The notes beneath the pieces were generated by a model, which was not told the origin of the DNA, did not search any database, and saw only the letters and a list, made by a program, of their open reading frames with translations. A DNA stretch of 64,000 bases, from the NCBI GenBank assembly GCA_043822705.1, contig JBDRBK010000055.1, positions 1 to 64,000 on the forward strand. Reading direction: 5' to 3'. Below are positions 9,464 through 19,569 of the stretch, in pieces. Made by a program: the position numbers and the translations under genes. Within the stretch, counting starts at the first letter, position 1. Each line of letters starts with the position of its first letter. The stretch comes from Fidelibacterota bacterium. GTDB lineage: Bacteria; Fidelibacterota; Marinisomatia; Marinisomatales; TCS56.

Positions 9464-12313
9464 ATGAAAAGTAAACAAAAATCTGGCGAACCGGGAAAAA
9501 ATTCCGGTGATTCTATTGTGAAATATCATTTTGCCCTCGAAGAAACCGTATCCCGGGTGTCGCGGCATTTGGTTGTCGGCGACGAACCGGACCTGAGCCG
9601 GATATTACAACAGATTGCCGAGACGATATCAGCCGATCTGGCTTTCATCTGCCATTATCACCGTAACACTGAACAAATGGAACTGAAACATGAATGGCGC
9701 GCTACAGGGACCGATCCGGTTAATAATGATCCGGCAATCAATGATCCCGCGGCCAATTCCTGGTGGCATTCACAAATCAAGGACGGCCAGGCCATTCTGA
9801 TATCCGATACGGACAAGTTGCCTGCCGGAATGCAGACCGGACGGCATTTCTTCTTAGAAAACCGTATCAAAGCACTGGCGGCTTTTCCCCTGGCAACCGG
9901 CAACGGAACGATCGGGTTTATCGGATTTGGCTGTTCCGACAAAGAACGAATCTGGCAGGAATATGAGACTAAAACGCTACGCGTGTTGAGCGAAATAATC
10001 GCCAGCGATTTTGAGCGCCGACAGACGCGCCAAGCGCTGGAAATCATGACCGGCCAGCAGCAGCTTTTGCTGGAAACTGCCCGCCATCTTACCGGCAGTC
10101 TTGATGTCAAAGAGGTACTCACCCGGATCGGCCACCAGGCCAAGGAAATGCTCGCCGCCCGGGATTGCATTATCTTCAATCTGGAACCTGATAAAATATC
10201 ACTGATACCGGTTGTCGTGGTGGGGATCCCGGAGCAGGACAAGGTATTCGCCCAGACCATCAACATCAACAATAGCATGACCGGTGAATCGGTCCGGGAA
10301 AAACGCGGTATGATATTCAATTTTGCCGCCGAATCCAAGAGCGCCTTTCACGTTCCCGGCACCCCCAAGGATGAGGGTGAGCACGTGATCGTGGCACCGT
10401 TCATCGTCGATGACCAGGTTTTAGGCGCAATGTGTATCAGCCGTCTGGACCGGATTTTCAGCGTTGACAATCTGGTTTTGACTGAATCGTTTGCGACTTA
10501 TGCCGCCACTGCCTTGAAGAATGCCCGCCTGCACCATGACCTGCTGTTAGAAGTGGAGGAACGTAAACAAGCCCAGCAAAAAGAGCAGGAATTGGCTTCC
10601 GACCTGGCTTTTTTGTCCCGGACCGCCTTGAATTTTGTCGAAATATCCGGTGGTGCCGATATTTATGATTTTATCGGCCGGAAACTACTGCATCTGATTG
10701 CCGGAAGTTTCACCGTCATTTACTCATTCGACTCCAGTGCCAGACGGTTCCGGATCGAAAGTATTCACGGCTTGGACGACCGGTCCGCCCAACTGGAAAA
10801 GCTTGTCGGTCGTAATCCGGTCGGTATCCGCGGGAAAATCGTCCCGGATATAATTCCCACCCTCCTGCATGGAGAACTGATTCCCAGTCCGGACATTGTC
10901 ACCGTTCTATATGGAACCAAACTGAATGACCGGTCGCTGAAAAATCTGGTGGCGACGATCGGGTGCCATGAATCTTATTCCATCGGTTTTACTTATGACG
11001 GTCAATTGCTGGCCGCCGCCACAATCGGCGTCACGGCAGCGGATCAGATTAAAAACCCGACCCTGGTAAATGCTTTCGTGCGTCAGGCCGCCGTGGCCCT
11101 GCAACGGCAACGGGCCGAACGGGAATTATTGGAAAGTGAACAGCGCTACCGCACCATTTTTCAGACTACGGCCGTCGCCATTATCGAGCAGGACCAGCGC
11201 CAACTGGAAACTCATATCCAGGAATTGAAAAACGCCGGCATTTCTGATATCCAGCGGTACCTGGATGAAAATCCGGTGAAACGGAATGAATTTATTGAAC
11301 GGATCAAAGTAATCGATGCCAACGATTTCGCCATCAAGATGCTGGAGGCGACCGATAAACAAGAGCTATTGGCGAAATTTCCGGAAATTTTTAAACCGGT
11401 AATTCTGAAAATAATCGAGCAATTGTATCTGCTTCCGGTCATAGACCAGGTCCGCTACACCGATGAAGCCGGTCTGGTAACGCTGAAAAATAATAAAATT
11501 CACGTCCTGGTAAAATATTCCCGCCCTAATCAGGATGCTCAGCGGGAACACTTACTGGTTAGTATTACTGATATCACGGAATTGAAAAAGACCCAGCATC
11601 AACTGCAGGAATATGCCACGGAGCTGGAACGCAGTAACCAGGAACTGGAACAATTCGCTTATGCCGCCTCCCATGATCTGCAGGAACCATTGCGGATGGT
11701 GACCAGCTACGTGCAACTGCTGGCCCGCGAATACAGCGGTCGACTCGACGATGAAGCCGATCTGATGATTCACTTCGCAGTGGACGGCGCCAAACGTATG
11801 CAGGGTCTGATTCACGGTCTCCTGTTATATTCACGGGTCGGCACCCAGGGGAAAACATTTGCTGTCTGCAACAGCGGCATTGTCCTGGACAACACCATGA
11901 AAAATCTGCAACTGGTCATTGAAGAATCCGGTGCCCGCATCTCCAGCAAAAAATTACCAGAAATAATCGCCGATGATGTCCAGTTGGGACAAGTCTTTCA
12001 GAATTTAATTGGAAATGCGATTAAATTCAGGGGCAATGAACCGCCGCTGATTCATATTTCCGCTACCAAAGAAACCGCGCACTGGGTCTTCTCCGTACGG
12101 GATAACGGAATCGGGTTCGCACCTGAACACAGTGACCGTATATTTGAGATTTTTCAGCGTTTGCACCCCCGCGACAAATACCCGGGGACCGGAATAGGAC
12201 TATCAATCTGCAAACGAATCGTGGAACGGCATGGTGGAGAATTCAGAGTGGAATCCGCTCCCGGCGAGGGATCTACTTTTTCTTTTTCAATTAGCGAGGG
12301 ACTGAATGAATAA
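9464..12313 (+). CDS. Cytoplasmic multi-GAF/PAS histidine kinase (Cph1-like transmitter subfamily)
   Basis: Several GAF-like segments, PAS, LERSNQELEQFAYAASHDLQEPLR, NLIGNAIKF, DNGIG, GTGIGLSIC. Confidence 0.9.
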   Translation: MKSKQKSGEPGKNSGDSIVKYHFALEETVSRVSRHLVVGDEPDLSRILQQIAETISADLAFICHYHRNTEQMELKHEWRATGTDPVNNDPAINDPAANSWWHSQIKDGQAILISDTDKLPAGMQTGRHFFLENRIKALAAFPLATGNGTIGFIGFGCSDKERIWQEYETKTLRVLSEIIASDFERRQTRQALEIMTGQQQLLLETARHLTGSLDVKEVLTRIGHQAKEMLAARDCIIFNLEPDKISLIPVVVVGIPEQDKVFAQTININNSMTGESVREKRGMIFNFAAESKSAFHVPGTPKDEGEHVIVAPFIVDDQVLGAMCISRLDRIFSVDNLVLTESFATYAATALKNARLHHDLLLEVEERKQAQQKEQELASDLAFLSRTALNFVEISGGADIYDFIGRKLLHLIAGSFTVIYSFDSSARRFRIESIHGLDDRSAQLEKLVGRNPVGIRGKIVPDIIPTLLHGELIPSPDIVTVLYGTKLNDRSLKNLVATIGCHESYSIGFTYDGQLLAAATIGVTAADQIKNPTLVNAFVRQAAVALQRQRAERELLESEQRYRTIFQTTAVAIIEQDQRQLETHIQELKNAGISDIQRYLDENPVKRNEFIERIKVIDANDFAIKMLEATDKQELLAKFPEIFKPVILKIIEQLYLLPVIDQVRYTDEAGLVTLKNNKIHVLVKYSRPNQDAQREHLLVSITDITELKKTQHQLQEYATELERSNQELEQFAYAASHDLQEPLRMVTSYVQLLAREYSGRLDDEADLMIHFAVDGAKRMQGLIHGLLLYSRVGTQGKTFAVCNSGIVLDNTMKNLQLVIEESGARISSKKLPEIIADDVQLGQVFQNLIGNAIKFRGNEPPLIHISATKETAHWVFSVRDNGIGFAPEHSDRIFEIFQRLHPRDKYPGTGIGLSICKRIVERHGGEFRVESAPGEGSTFSFSISEGLNE

Positions 12314-12749
12314 TCTGAACGAAAGACCGCTGGAAGTACTTCTGGTAGAAGATAATCCCGGCGATGTGCTGCTGGTACAGAAAGCCCTGAAAAAGAGTAC
12401 AATCAATGTTAACTTGCACATAGTTAACGACGGTACGGAAGCAATGATTTATTTAAAGAACAATGATCCGCAATCAACCGGCAACATTCCCAATCTGATT
12501 CTGCTGGATCTGAACCTGCCGACCAAGGGCGGGCACGAAGTGCTGAAGGAAGTTAAAGGCGACCTGCGCCTGAAGCAGATTCCGATTGTCATCGTCACCA
12601 CTTCACAAGACCAATCTGATATCCACAACTGCTATCAGAACCATGCCAATTGTTATATCACCAAGCCGATCGAAGTCGATGACTACTTCACCATGATTGA
12701 TGAAGTCACCCGCTTCTGGGGATCATTCGTAAATCTGCCGGCCAATTAG
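12306..12749 (+). CDS. Single-domain response regulator (Rcp1-like)
   Basis: LLVEDNPGD, LILLDLNLP, ANCYITKP; overlaps the kinase stop. Confidence 0.9.
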   Translation: MNNLNERPLEVLLVEDNPGDVLLVQKALKKSTINVNLHIVNDGTEAMIYLKNNDPQSTGNIPNLILLDLNLPTKGGHEVLKEVKGDLRLKQIPIVIVTTSQDQSDIHNCYQNHANCYITKPIEVDDYFTMIDEVTRFWGSFVNLPAN

Positions 12750-12779
12750 GAATTCCATAACTCAACAATTCCTTATCGA

Positions 12780-15272
12780 ATGACAACGGATAATATTACG
12801 TTGACGCCTCTTTCCAGGGATAGCAGTCCGGCCCGCCAGGCGGAAATCAGGATTCTACTGGTTGAGGATAATCCCGGCGATGTCAACCTGATCAACTGGA
12901 TGTTGAATCGCAAAAACCCCCGGGATGGCGCCGCCACGAACTATTCCATCACAACCGTCGATGAATTCAGGCTGGCCCTGGAAAAACTGGATACCGAACG
13001 ATATGATGTAATCCTGCTGGATCTGCTTTTGCCGGACAGCCAGGGGATGGACACCTTTACCAGAATGCAGGCTCAGGCGCCGCTGATACCGATCATCGTA
13101 CTGTCGGGATTCGATGACGAAGCCATGGCGGTGCAGGCCGTTCGCGAAGGCGCCCAGGACTACCTGACCAAAGGTCATGTCGACAGCAATATCCTGAAAC
13201 GCTCGATTCACTACGCTATCGAGCGTAAACTGCTCGAGGAAGAACGCTCCTGGGAGACCAGCATCAACGCCGCTCTAACCGATCTGTCGGAAGCGATAAT
13301 CATCTCAAAATCACTGGAGGATATATCGCGACTGTTTTCGGAGCAGGCAAAATTTTTCACCGGCAGCACTCTGTGTATCGCTGCCCATAACGATCTGTCC
13401 AACGATCATATCAATTGCAGTTTTTCGGACGACCAGCCCATCGATCTCAACACGATGGACGAATCAACGGTGCGACTGGAACCAGTCGACAGTATCTGGC
13501 AGTACCTGGTCCGTCATAATCAACCGCGGCTGGGCAATAAACCTGATTTTGACCATCTGGCGACCGGCACGATTCTGGACCGCTATAAAATCGACCGCTA
13601 TCTGGCCGTACCGGCGCTGATCGGTGATTTTGTCGCCGGTTACCTGTTCGTGGCCAATTCCCCCGGAGATTATACGATTACCGACCTGCGGTTCATCGAA
13701 CGGCTGACGGCACTATATGCCCTGGCCCTCCAGCGCCAGCACAGCCTGGAAGCGCTCAAGACCAGCGAGGAACGCTTTCGCGCCGTTACCCAATCCGCCA
13801 ATGATGCCATCATTACCGTCGATCAAGACGGGCGAATAATCTCCTGGAATAACGGCGCTACCGCTATTTTCGGCCATTCGGAACTGGAAATAATCCAGGC
13901 CAAACTGACCGATCTGATTCCGCCTGCCAAGGATGGGGATGAAGTTAATTTATTCAGGCAGTCAGCCCGTGCACATTCTTTGTCACGCAGCAACCGTACG
14001 ATTGAAGCAAGCGGGTACCGGAAGGACGGGACTGAGTTCCCGATCGAACTTTCGGCGGCTCGCTGGGAAACCGGCGACGGTTCATTTTATACCGGCATCG
14101 TCCGGGATATTTCACGGCGCAAACGCCTGGAAAAACAGTACCGCCAAGCCCAGAAAATGGAGGCGGTGGGACAGCTTGCCGGCGGCATCGCCCACGATTT
14201 CAATAATATTCTGACCGGTATTATCGGTTTTGCCGAACTGGCGATCGATTCGATCGAGCCGGGAATTCCCGCCGTCGATTATATTCGTTCGATCATTCGC
14301 AAATCCGATCATGCGGCGACCCTGGTACGCCAGATTCTGGCATTCAGCCGCAAACAGATTCTCGATCTGAAACAGATGGACCTTAACGAAGCGATTCAGT
14401 CCGTGTGCAATTTTATCGAGCGGGTGATCGGCGAACACATCGATATCACCACCGCTCTGGCAGGCGACCTGCAATACATCAAGGCCGATCCCACGGCGGT
14501 GGAACAGATAATCACCAATCTCTGTGTCAATGCCCGCGATGCCATGCACGACGGCGGACAATTCGTCATCACCACCAAAAATTTAAATCTATCAGACGAG
14601 GAAGCCCTGCGCCTGGGTGATATTAGTCCGGGCCAGTACTGTGCCCTGTCGATCAGTGACACCGGACATGGAATCGACGGCGAGACACTGCAACATATTT
14701 ACGAACCGTTTTTTACCACCAAAGAGGTCGGGCAGGGTAGTGGCTTGGGCCTGGCCATGGTCTATGGCCTGGTCAAGCAGCACAGCGGCCTGATCACCTG
14801 CAACAGTACCCGTCATGTCGGTACTACCTTTCAGGTATTATTCCCGGCGATCGCCGTACAGCAGTCACACCGGGAAGAAGTCATTATCGATCAGATCAAG
14901 GGCGGCGATGAAACCGTACTCATGGTCGAAGATGAAGTCGACCTGATTATCCTCACCAAATCCCTGCTGGAACAATACGGTTACACGGTGTTGACCGCTG
15001 CCAATGGTGTGGACGGCTACAAGGTTTATCAGGAAAATAAATCCCGGATCAAACTGATTATCACTGATATCGTTATGCCCAAGGAAGGTGGAATCGAGCT
15101 CTACAAGCGTGTTCATGCCGATAATGCGGCAGTTAAATTTCTATTTATAACCGGATACGCTTCCGGCTTGGCCGACAAGAACATGGTTATCGGCGAGAAG
15201 GTCGAGATTCTCTCCAAGCCCTATAAAAATGCTCAACTGGCGCAGAGAATCCGCCGGATACTTGATTTTTAA
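12780..15272 (+). CDS. Hybrid histidine kinase REC-GAF-PAS-HisKA-HATPase-REC
   Basis: N-terminal receiver (GAQDYLTK), PAS, QAQKMEAVGQLAGGIAHDFNNIL, NARDAM, EPFFTTK, C-terminal receiver (ITDIVMP). Confidence 0.92.
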   Translation: MTTDNITLTPLSRDSSPARQAEIRILLVEDNPGDVNLINWMLNRKNPRDGAATNYSITTVDEFRLALEKLDTERYDVILLDLLLPDSQGMDTFTRMQAQAPLIPIIVLSGFDDEAMAVQAVREGAQDYLTKGHVDSNILKRSIHYAIERKLLEEERSWETSINAALTDLSEAIIISKSLEDISRLFSEQAKFFTGSTLCIAAHNDLSNDHINCSFSDDQPIDLNTMDESTVRLEPVDSIWQYLVRHNQPRLGNKPDFDHLATGTILDRYKIDRYLAVPALIGDFVAGYLFVANSPGDYTITDLRFIERLTALYALALQRQHSLEALKTSEERFRAVTQSANDAIITVDQDGRIISWNNGATAIFGHSELEIIQAKLTDLIPPAKDGDEVNLFRQSARAHSLSRSNRTIEASGYRKDGTEFPIELSAARWETGDGSFYTGIVRDISRRKRLEKQYRQAQKMEAVGQLAGGIAHDFNNILTGIIGFAELAIDSIEPGIPAVDYIRSIIRKSDHAATLVRQILAFSRKQILDLKQMDLNEAIQSVCNFIERVIGEHIDITTALAGDLQYIKADPTAVEQIITNLCVNARDAMHDGGQFVITTKNLNLSDEEALRLGDISPGQYCALSISDTGHGIDGETLQHIYEPFFTTKEVGQGSGLGLAMVYGLVKQHSGLITCNSTRHVGTTFQVLFPAIAVQQSHREEVIIDQIKGGDETVLMVEDEVDLIILTKSLLEQYGYTVLTAANGVDGYKVYQENKSRIKLIITDIVMPKEGGIELYKRVHADNAAVKFLFITGYASGLADKNMVIGEKVEILSKPYKNAQLAQRIRRILDF

Positions 15273-15342
15273 GAACTGTCGGAGAACATAATTCCAAATC
15301 ACAGGCTGGACTTAGCCGGCCTCAGCCACTACCGCTTAAATC

Positions 15343-16896
15343 TCAATCGTGAATGACTGCGATCTGCTCGTTGAACAGCAGGAACGGATTCTGATAACGG
15401 GCGCTCTCACGGATTTCCAGATGCAGGTGGGCATAGCCGTATTGATCCGAGTCTTCGGGAATGTTTCCGGTCATGCCGACACTGGCAATCGGTTCGTTTT
15501 TACTTACCCAGAATGGTCCCTCGGCGCTGAACCGATTGCTGATCCGTTTCCAGATCTTATCATTATCCAGGTGTGCATATACTGAAGTGATATTGGAATC
15601 ATGCCAGATTTCAATAATATTGCCGCCGTTGGCCGAGCTCTCGATAATGGTTACAAAACCATCCTGCACCGGGTAGACCGGTGTGCCCTTTTCCGCAACC
15701 AGGTCGATGCCACGGTGTTCGTAATAGTCACCGGTATCGGTCTTGCGGCGGGAACCATACAGGCCCACATCCTTGACCTTCAGACCAATACGGATAGGAT
15801 TATTGATTTGCAGGTGCCAGTCCGCCAGATTGATCTGATCATAGACCTGCCGCACCTGTTTAAGGCCTTCGTGGTAGGCCGTCAGATCGGTCAACAGACT
15901 GGCGAAATAGGATGCGTATTTATCAGGAGCTTTGCGCTCGGCCATGAAAGTCTTACCCTTGTATCCGGCCACCAGCCAGCCGAAATTCTGGTTGTCGCCG
16001 CGAACACTGTAATCCTGTCCGATCGCCAGATACAATAAGCCCAGCCGGATATCCATTTCCTGCTGCAGCTCATTAATTTTCCGTGAATAATAGACGGCTT
16101 CCGCCATGGCCTGCGGATTTTCCCGGCAGAATTCAATGGCAGTATCGACGACCGGATCCTCATGGCTGGTGTCAAGTCGCTGGTGTACGGCTGCTTTTCG
16201 CATCGCCCGCAGGGAATTTCTGTTGAATGGTTTCCGAATGGCGTTATCCAATTCACCCTGATAGAGTGTAATTGTCCGTCGAATCTCATCGATCACCGGA
16301 TTAAAATAATCCGACCTCTGGTTGCCCTCATACACCTTCTCAAGGATGAAGGTTCGCAAAGTATGCAGGGAATCATCGAGCATTTTCCGATCCAGATTCA
16401 GCAGATCCGAGCCATTGAACTCACGGAATGCCAGATAAGCCAGCAGGCGTTGCTCGTATTGATCGGTCAGACCATACACTTTGCCATAAAAATCATTATT
16501 GAAGCGGTTGATCAGAATGGCGTATTTCTCAACTTCCGACGGTCTCTTATTGTCATCAATTTCGTAATCGGCAAAGGTTGCCAGCGGAAACTGAGTAAGG
16601 GCGCCAAGCTTGATAACGTAGGCATTCTTCTGCACCAGCCGGCCCATCCGCTGGGTTGCGGTATAACGTATTCCGAAGATAACCGTCCGGACCAGTCCCG
16701 GCAGATAAAGATAACTCAGCAGAATTATCCCCAGCGCCGCCAGTCCACGGATACTGTAAGTAACAATCCGCCTGCGAATGGCCAGTTTCCGGGCCAGGTA
16801 CCGGTTCAGTTCGTCCCGGATCAGGAATTGCGGATCATCCAGTGCGATACTGGCGGATTTAAGCTGTCTCGACGAGTGAGGATTTTTCCTGTTCAT
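15343..16896 (-). CDS. Membrane-anchored M23 family metallopeptidase
   Basis: N-terminal TM helix, long helical region, Zn motifs HRGIDL, YAHL, HLHLEIR. Confidence 0.85.
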   Translation of the reverse strand: MNRKNPHSSRQLKSASIALDDPQFLIRDELNRYLARKLAIRRRIVTYSIRGLAALGIILLSYLYLPGLVRTVIFGIRYTATQRMGRLVQKNAYVIKLGALTQFPLATFADYEIDDNKRPSEVEKYAILINRFNNDFYGKVYGLTDQYEQRLLAYLAFREFNGSDLLNLDRKMLDDSLHTLRTFILEKVYEGNQRSDYFNPVIDEIRRTITLYQGELDNAIRKPFNRNSLRAMRKAAVHQRLDTSHEDPVVDTAIEFCRENPQAMAEAVYYSRKINELQQEMDIRLGLLYLAIGQDYSVRGDNQNFGWLVAGYKGKTFMAERKAPDKYASYFASLLTDLTAYHEGLKQVRQVYDQINLADWHLQINNPIRIGLKVKDVGLYGSRRKTDTGDYYEHRGIDLVAEKGTPVYPVQDGFVTIIESSANGGNIIEIWHDSNITSVYAHLDNDKIWKRISNRFSAEGPFWVSKNEPIASVGMTGNIPEDSDQYGYAHLHLEIRESARYQNPFLLFNEQIAVIHD

Positions 16897-17761
16897 AACG
16901 GAATAATTTTATTATTTTTTCCAGAGGTGTGGTTTTTTTATCGAGCTGATTCTCATCATCATGTCTGGTGATATTCAGGGCAATACTGCGGTAGGCCTGA
17001 CTGATCCTCGATCCCGGGAACAACTCGCTGATCGGTGTATGCTGACGTAAATACGCTTTGGACACCAGACGATATTCTTCCGGCACGGCGCCAATGAGAT
17101 CAGGATAGATGGCAATATTTTCCCGTTGCCGGGTGATCTCGGTGGCACGTTTGATGCCATTAAAAATATTTTCAGCTAATTGCGTGGTCGATTTATTGAA
17201 AACAAACTTCGGCTCAAAACGCTCCCTGATGATCATCGCCGGGTCTTTCTGCAGCAATTTTTCGTTCAATTCCTGCAGGCGCACGGCAGCTGCTTTGGCG
17301 CAACCATACCCGCTCTGAATATCTTCCGGTGTCGTGATGATGATCGGGTAATCGGCCGCTAATCCGAAATCCAGGGTGGTGCGTTCGATGCCGGCCCCCA
17401 GATCCAGAATGGTATAATCATAATCCTGGGATATTTCCTTAAATGCCTTGATAAACTTCATCTTCTGGAAATAATTCAGGTTGGCGAACTTGAAATTACC
17501 ACCCGATCCCGGAATTAAATCAAAATTGAACTTCTCAATTATCAGGTTGGACAGGTCGGACTCGCTACGCTCAAAAAAATCCAGCAACGTACTGTCGAGC
17601 CGCAGGTCCAGTTTGATGGCGACATCCCCGGTATTGATGTCGGTATCGATCAACAGTACATCATTACCCAACGCCCCCAGGATGTTCGCCGTTTCAATCG
17701 CGAATAGCGTTTTTCCGACGCCACCCTTATTGGAAATTATACTGATTATTTTACCCGGCAT
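16859..17761 (-). CDS. flhG: MinD/ParA family ATPase, FlhG/FleN-like
   Basis: SNKGGVGKT deviant Walker A, LIDTD, LIPGSGG, ILDLGAG, IITTPE; flagellar genes in the same window. Confidence 0.7.
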   Translation of the reverse strand: MPGKIISIISNKGGVGKTLFAIETANILGALGNDVLLIDTDINTGDVAIKLDLRLDSTLLDFFERSESDLSNLIIEKFNFDLIPGSGGNFKFANLNYFQKMKFIKAFKEISQDYDYTILDLGAGIERTTLDFGLAADYPIIITTPEDIQSGYGCAKAAAVRLQELNEKLLQKDPAMIIRERFEPKFVFNKSTTQLAENIFNGIKRATEITRQRENIAIYPDLIGAVPEEYRLVSKAYLRQHTPISELFPGSRISQAYRSIALNITRHDDENQLDKKTTPLEKIIKLFRYEQEKSSLVETA

Positions 17762-17843
17762 CTAATCCCATTTCTGATTCCATGAATCCTGTAAGCGTTG
17801 ATTGATTCTGTAATACCATGCATACCAAAACACCGTTTGATAA

Positions 17844-17859
17844 TTCAATTACCATGCCA
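17844..17859 (-). promoter_or_regulatory. Possible sigma54 promoter (non-consensus -12)
   Basis: Minus strand TGGCATG-GTAA-TTGAA, about 85 bp upstream of the flhG-like start; GA instead of GC at -12. Confidence 0.45.
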
Positions 17860-18059
17860 TCAGCGTCAAGCAGCAGGAGCCGACACAAATTATCACTTCC
17901 GGTGGATATCCGGTGGCGTTGACACTCGAAAAAATTTCCCCCGCCCGCAAATTTTTCCGCTAACCGGAATTACCGGCCCGCCACCAAGCCGCCCGGATAA
18001 TTACCGGCGGACACGACGAATCCGGTGTGATTCCGACCCCGCCGGCGATCCGCTGCTGC

Positions 18060-18075
18060 GGGTACGGAATTTGCA
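18060..18075 (+). promoter_or_regulatory. sigma54 (-24/-12) promoter
   Basis: GGGTACG-GAAT-TTGCA (GG-N10-GC), about 55 bp upstream of ATG 18130. Confidence 0.6.
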
Positions 18076-18129
18076 TCGTTCAATTCATTAATTAATCGTA
18101 TAACGCTAAGCGATGGTAAAATACTGAAT

Positions 18130-19554
18130 ATGGCACGCATTCTGATTGTTGATGATAATATATCGGTAGTAGACATGCTGGATGATCTGCTCAAAATCCA
18201 GGGACATGAAACCTTTTCCGCCGGTAACGGCACCGCGGCCATTGAAGTGGCCACAAAAATCATTCCCGACCTGATCCTGCTGGATGTGGAAATGCCGGGA
18301 ATGGACGGTATCAGCGTGTGCCGCGAGTTGCGGGCGCAGAAATCCACCCAGTTGATCCCGATTGTCATCGTCACTGGAAAAACCGATACCACCACCCTGA
18401 TGAATGCCATCCGGGCCGGCTGCGACGATTTCCTGACCAAGCCGGCCGACCTGCCGATCCTGAAAGCGCGGGTCGACTCGCTGCTGAAAATGAGTCACCT
18501 GCGCAACCAGTTGGCCGAAAAGGAAAAATTCGAGACAACGATCAATCACATCCAGAACGGCATCGTGATCACCGACGCCAGCGGTATGATCCGGAACTAT
18601 AATCTGACCGCTCAGCAGATGTTTTCACTGGATGAAAAAGCGATCCAGGCCCAGCCGTTCCTGTTTATGATTACCCGCAATTTCAAGTCCAAGGTCCAGA
18701 GTTGGGAAAACCTGATTCGGCAGAAGGAAGGTTCGTTCATCATTTATCGCGTCGAGGATGACTTCAAGCTGCGTTACGCCCTGGAATTGAAATACAACGT
18801 AATCCGGAACCCCCTGGGCGAAGTTGATGAAGTCGTTTTCGTAGCCAATGAGGAAACCGACCGGATCAACGAGGATCGCCGCAAGGATCTGTTTCTGACC
18901 ATGCTCAAACATAAATTCGCCACGGTGGAGACGATCACCCAGCTCAGCCTGGAATCGCTGGAAATTCTGGTCGAGTCCCATGACCCGGCCCTGGAAAAGG
19001 CGGCCATGGACGGGTTGCAGCGCGCATCCAATACCCTTAACACGATCATGCGCAAGCTGATCAAATACGTGCGCCTGTCTGACCAGCCGGAAGCAATCGA
19101 CCGGATCGTGATTACCCGGAACTGGCTGGACGCGACGATCGAGTCGATCGCTACATCACTGGGGATCTCCCCCGGAATCATCATAGTCGACTGGAATGAC
19201 ACCCCGGCTATTCCCATGATTGCGGAAGGCCTGAACAGCATCCTGTTCGAACTAATCGAAAACGCCGTCAAATTCGGCGACCCGGTGGAGCCGCTGGTTA
19301 ATCTTTCAATCGACTCGAAGAACCAGGCGGTCGAGCTGGTCGTCGCCAATAACGGGCCGAAAATCCCCCAGGAAGAATTGAACCGGATCTGGGACCGGTT
19401 TTACCAGATCGATAAAGATATAACCGGTCAGGTCAAAGGAATCGGGCTGGGCATGAGCATTGTTAAATATATTATGAACCTGGTCGGCGGCAAAACGGCA
19501 ATCACTTCCGGCGAAAACGGCACCAAGATCAAACTGACGATACCGGTCGCATAG
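18130..19554 (+). CDS. REC-PAS-histidine kinase-like protein with degenerate H-box
   Basis: Receiver (LLDVEMP, DDFLTKP), PAS, MLKHKFAT, ELIENAVKF, DRFYQ, GIGLGMSIV. Confidence 0.85.
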   Translation: MARILIVDDNISVVDMLDDLLKIQGHETFSAGNGTAAIEVATKIIPDLILLDVEMPGMDGISVCRELRAQKSTQLIPIVIVTGKTDTTTLMNAIRAGCDDFLTKPADLPILKARVDSLLKMSHLRNQLAEKEKFETTINHIQNGIVITDASGMIRNYNLTAQQMFSLDEKAIQAQPFLFMITRNFKSKVQSWENLIRQKEGSFIIYRVEDDFKLRYALELKYNVIRNPLGEVDEVVFVANEETDRINEDRRKDLFLTMLKHKFATVETITQLSLESLEILVESHDPALEKAAMDGLQRASNTLNTIMRKLIKYVRLSDQPEAIDRIVITRNWLDATIESIATSLGISPGIIIVDWNDTPAIPMIAEGLNSILFELIENAVKFGDPVEPLVNLSIDSKNQAVELVVANNGPKIPQEELNRIWDRFYQIDKDITGQVKGIGLGMSIVKYIMNLVGGKTAITSGENGTKIKLTIPVA

Positions 19555-19569
19555 ACCGACCCGGCTAAA

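Noticed and set aside
9464..12313. Bacteriophytochrome
   Set aside because: The transmitter is Cph1-like but no PAS-GAF-PHY core or DIP/PASDIP motif is visible
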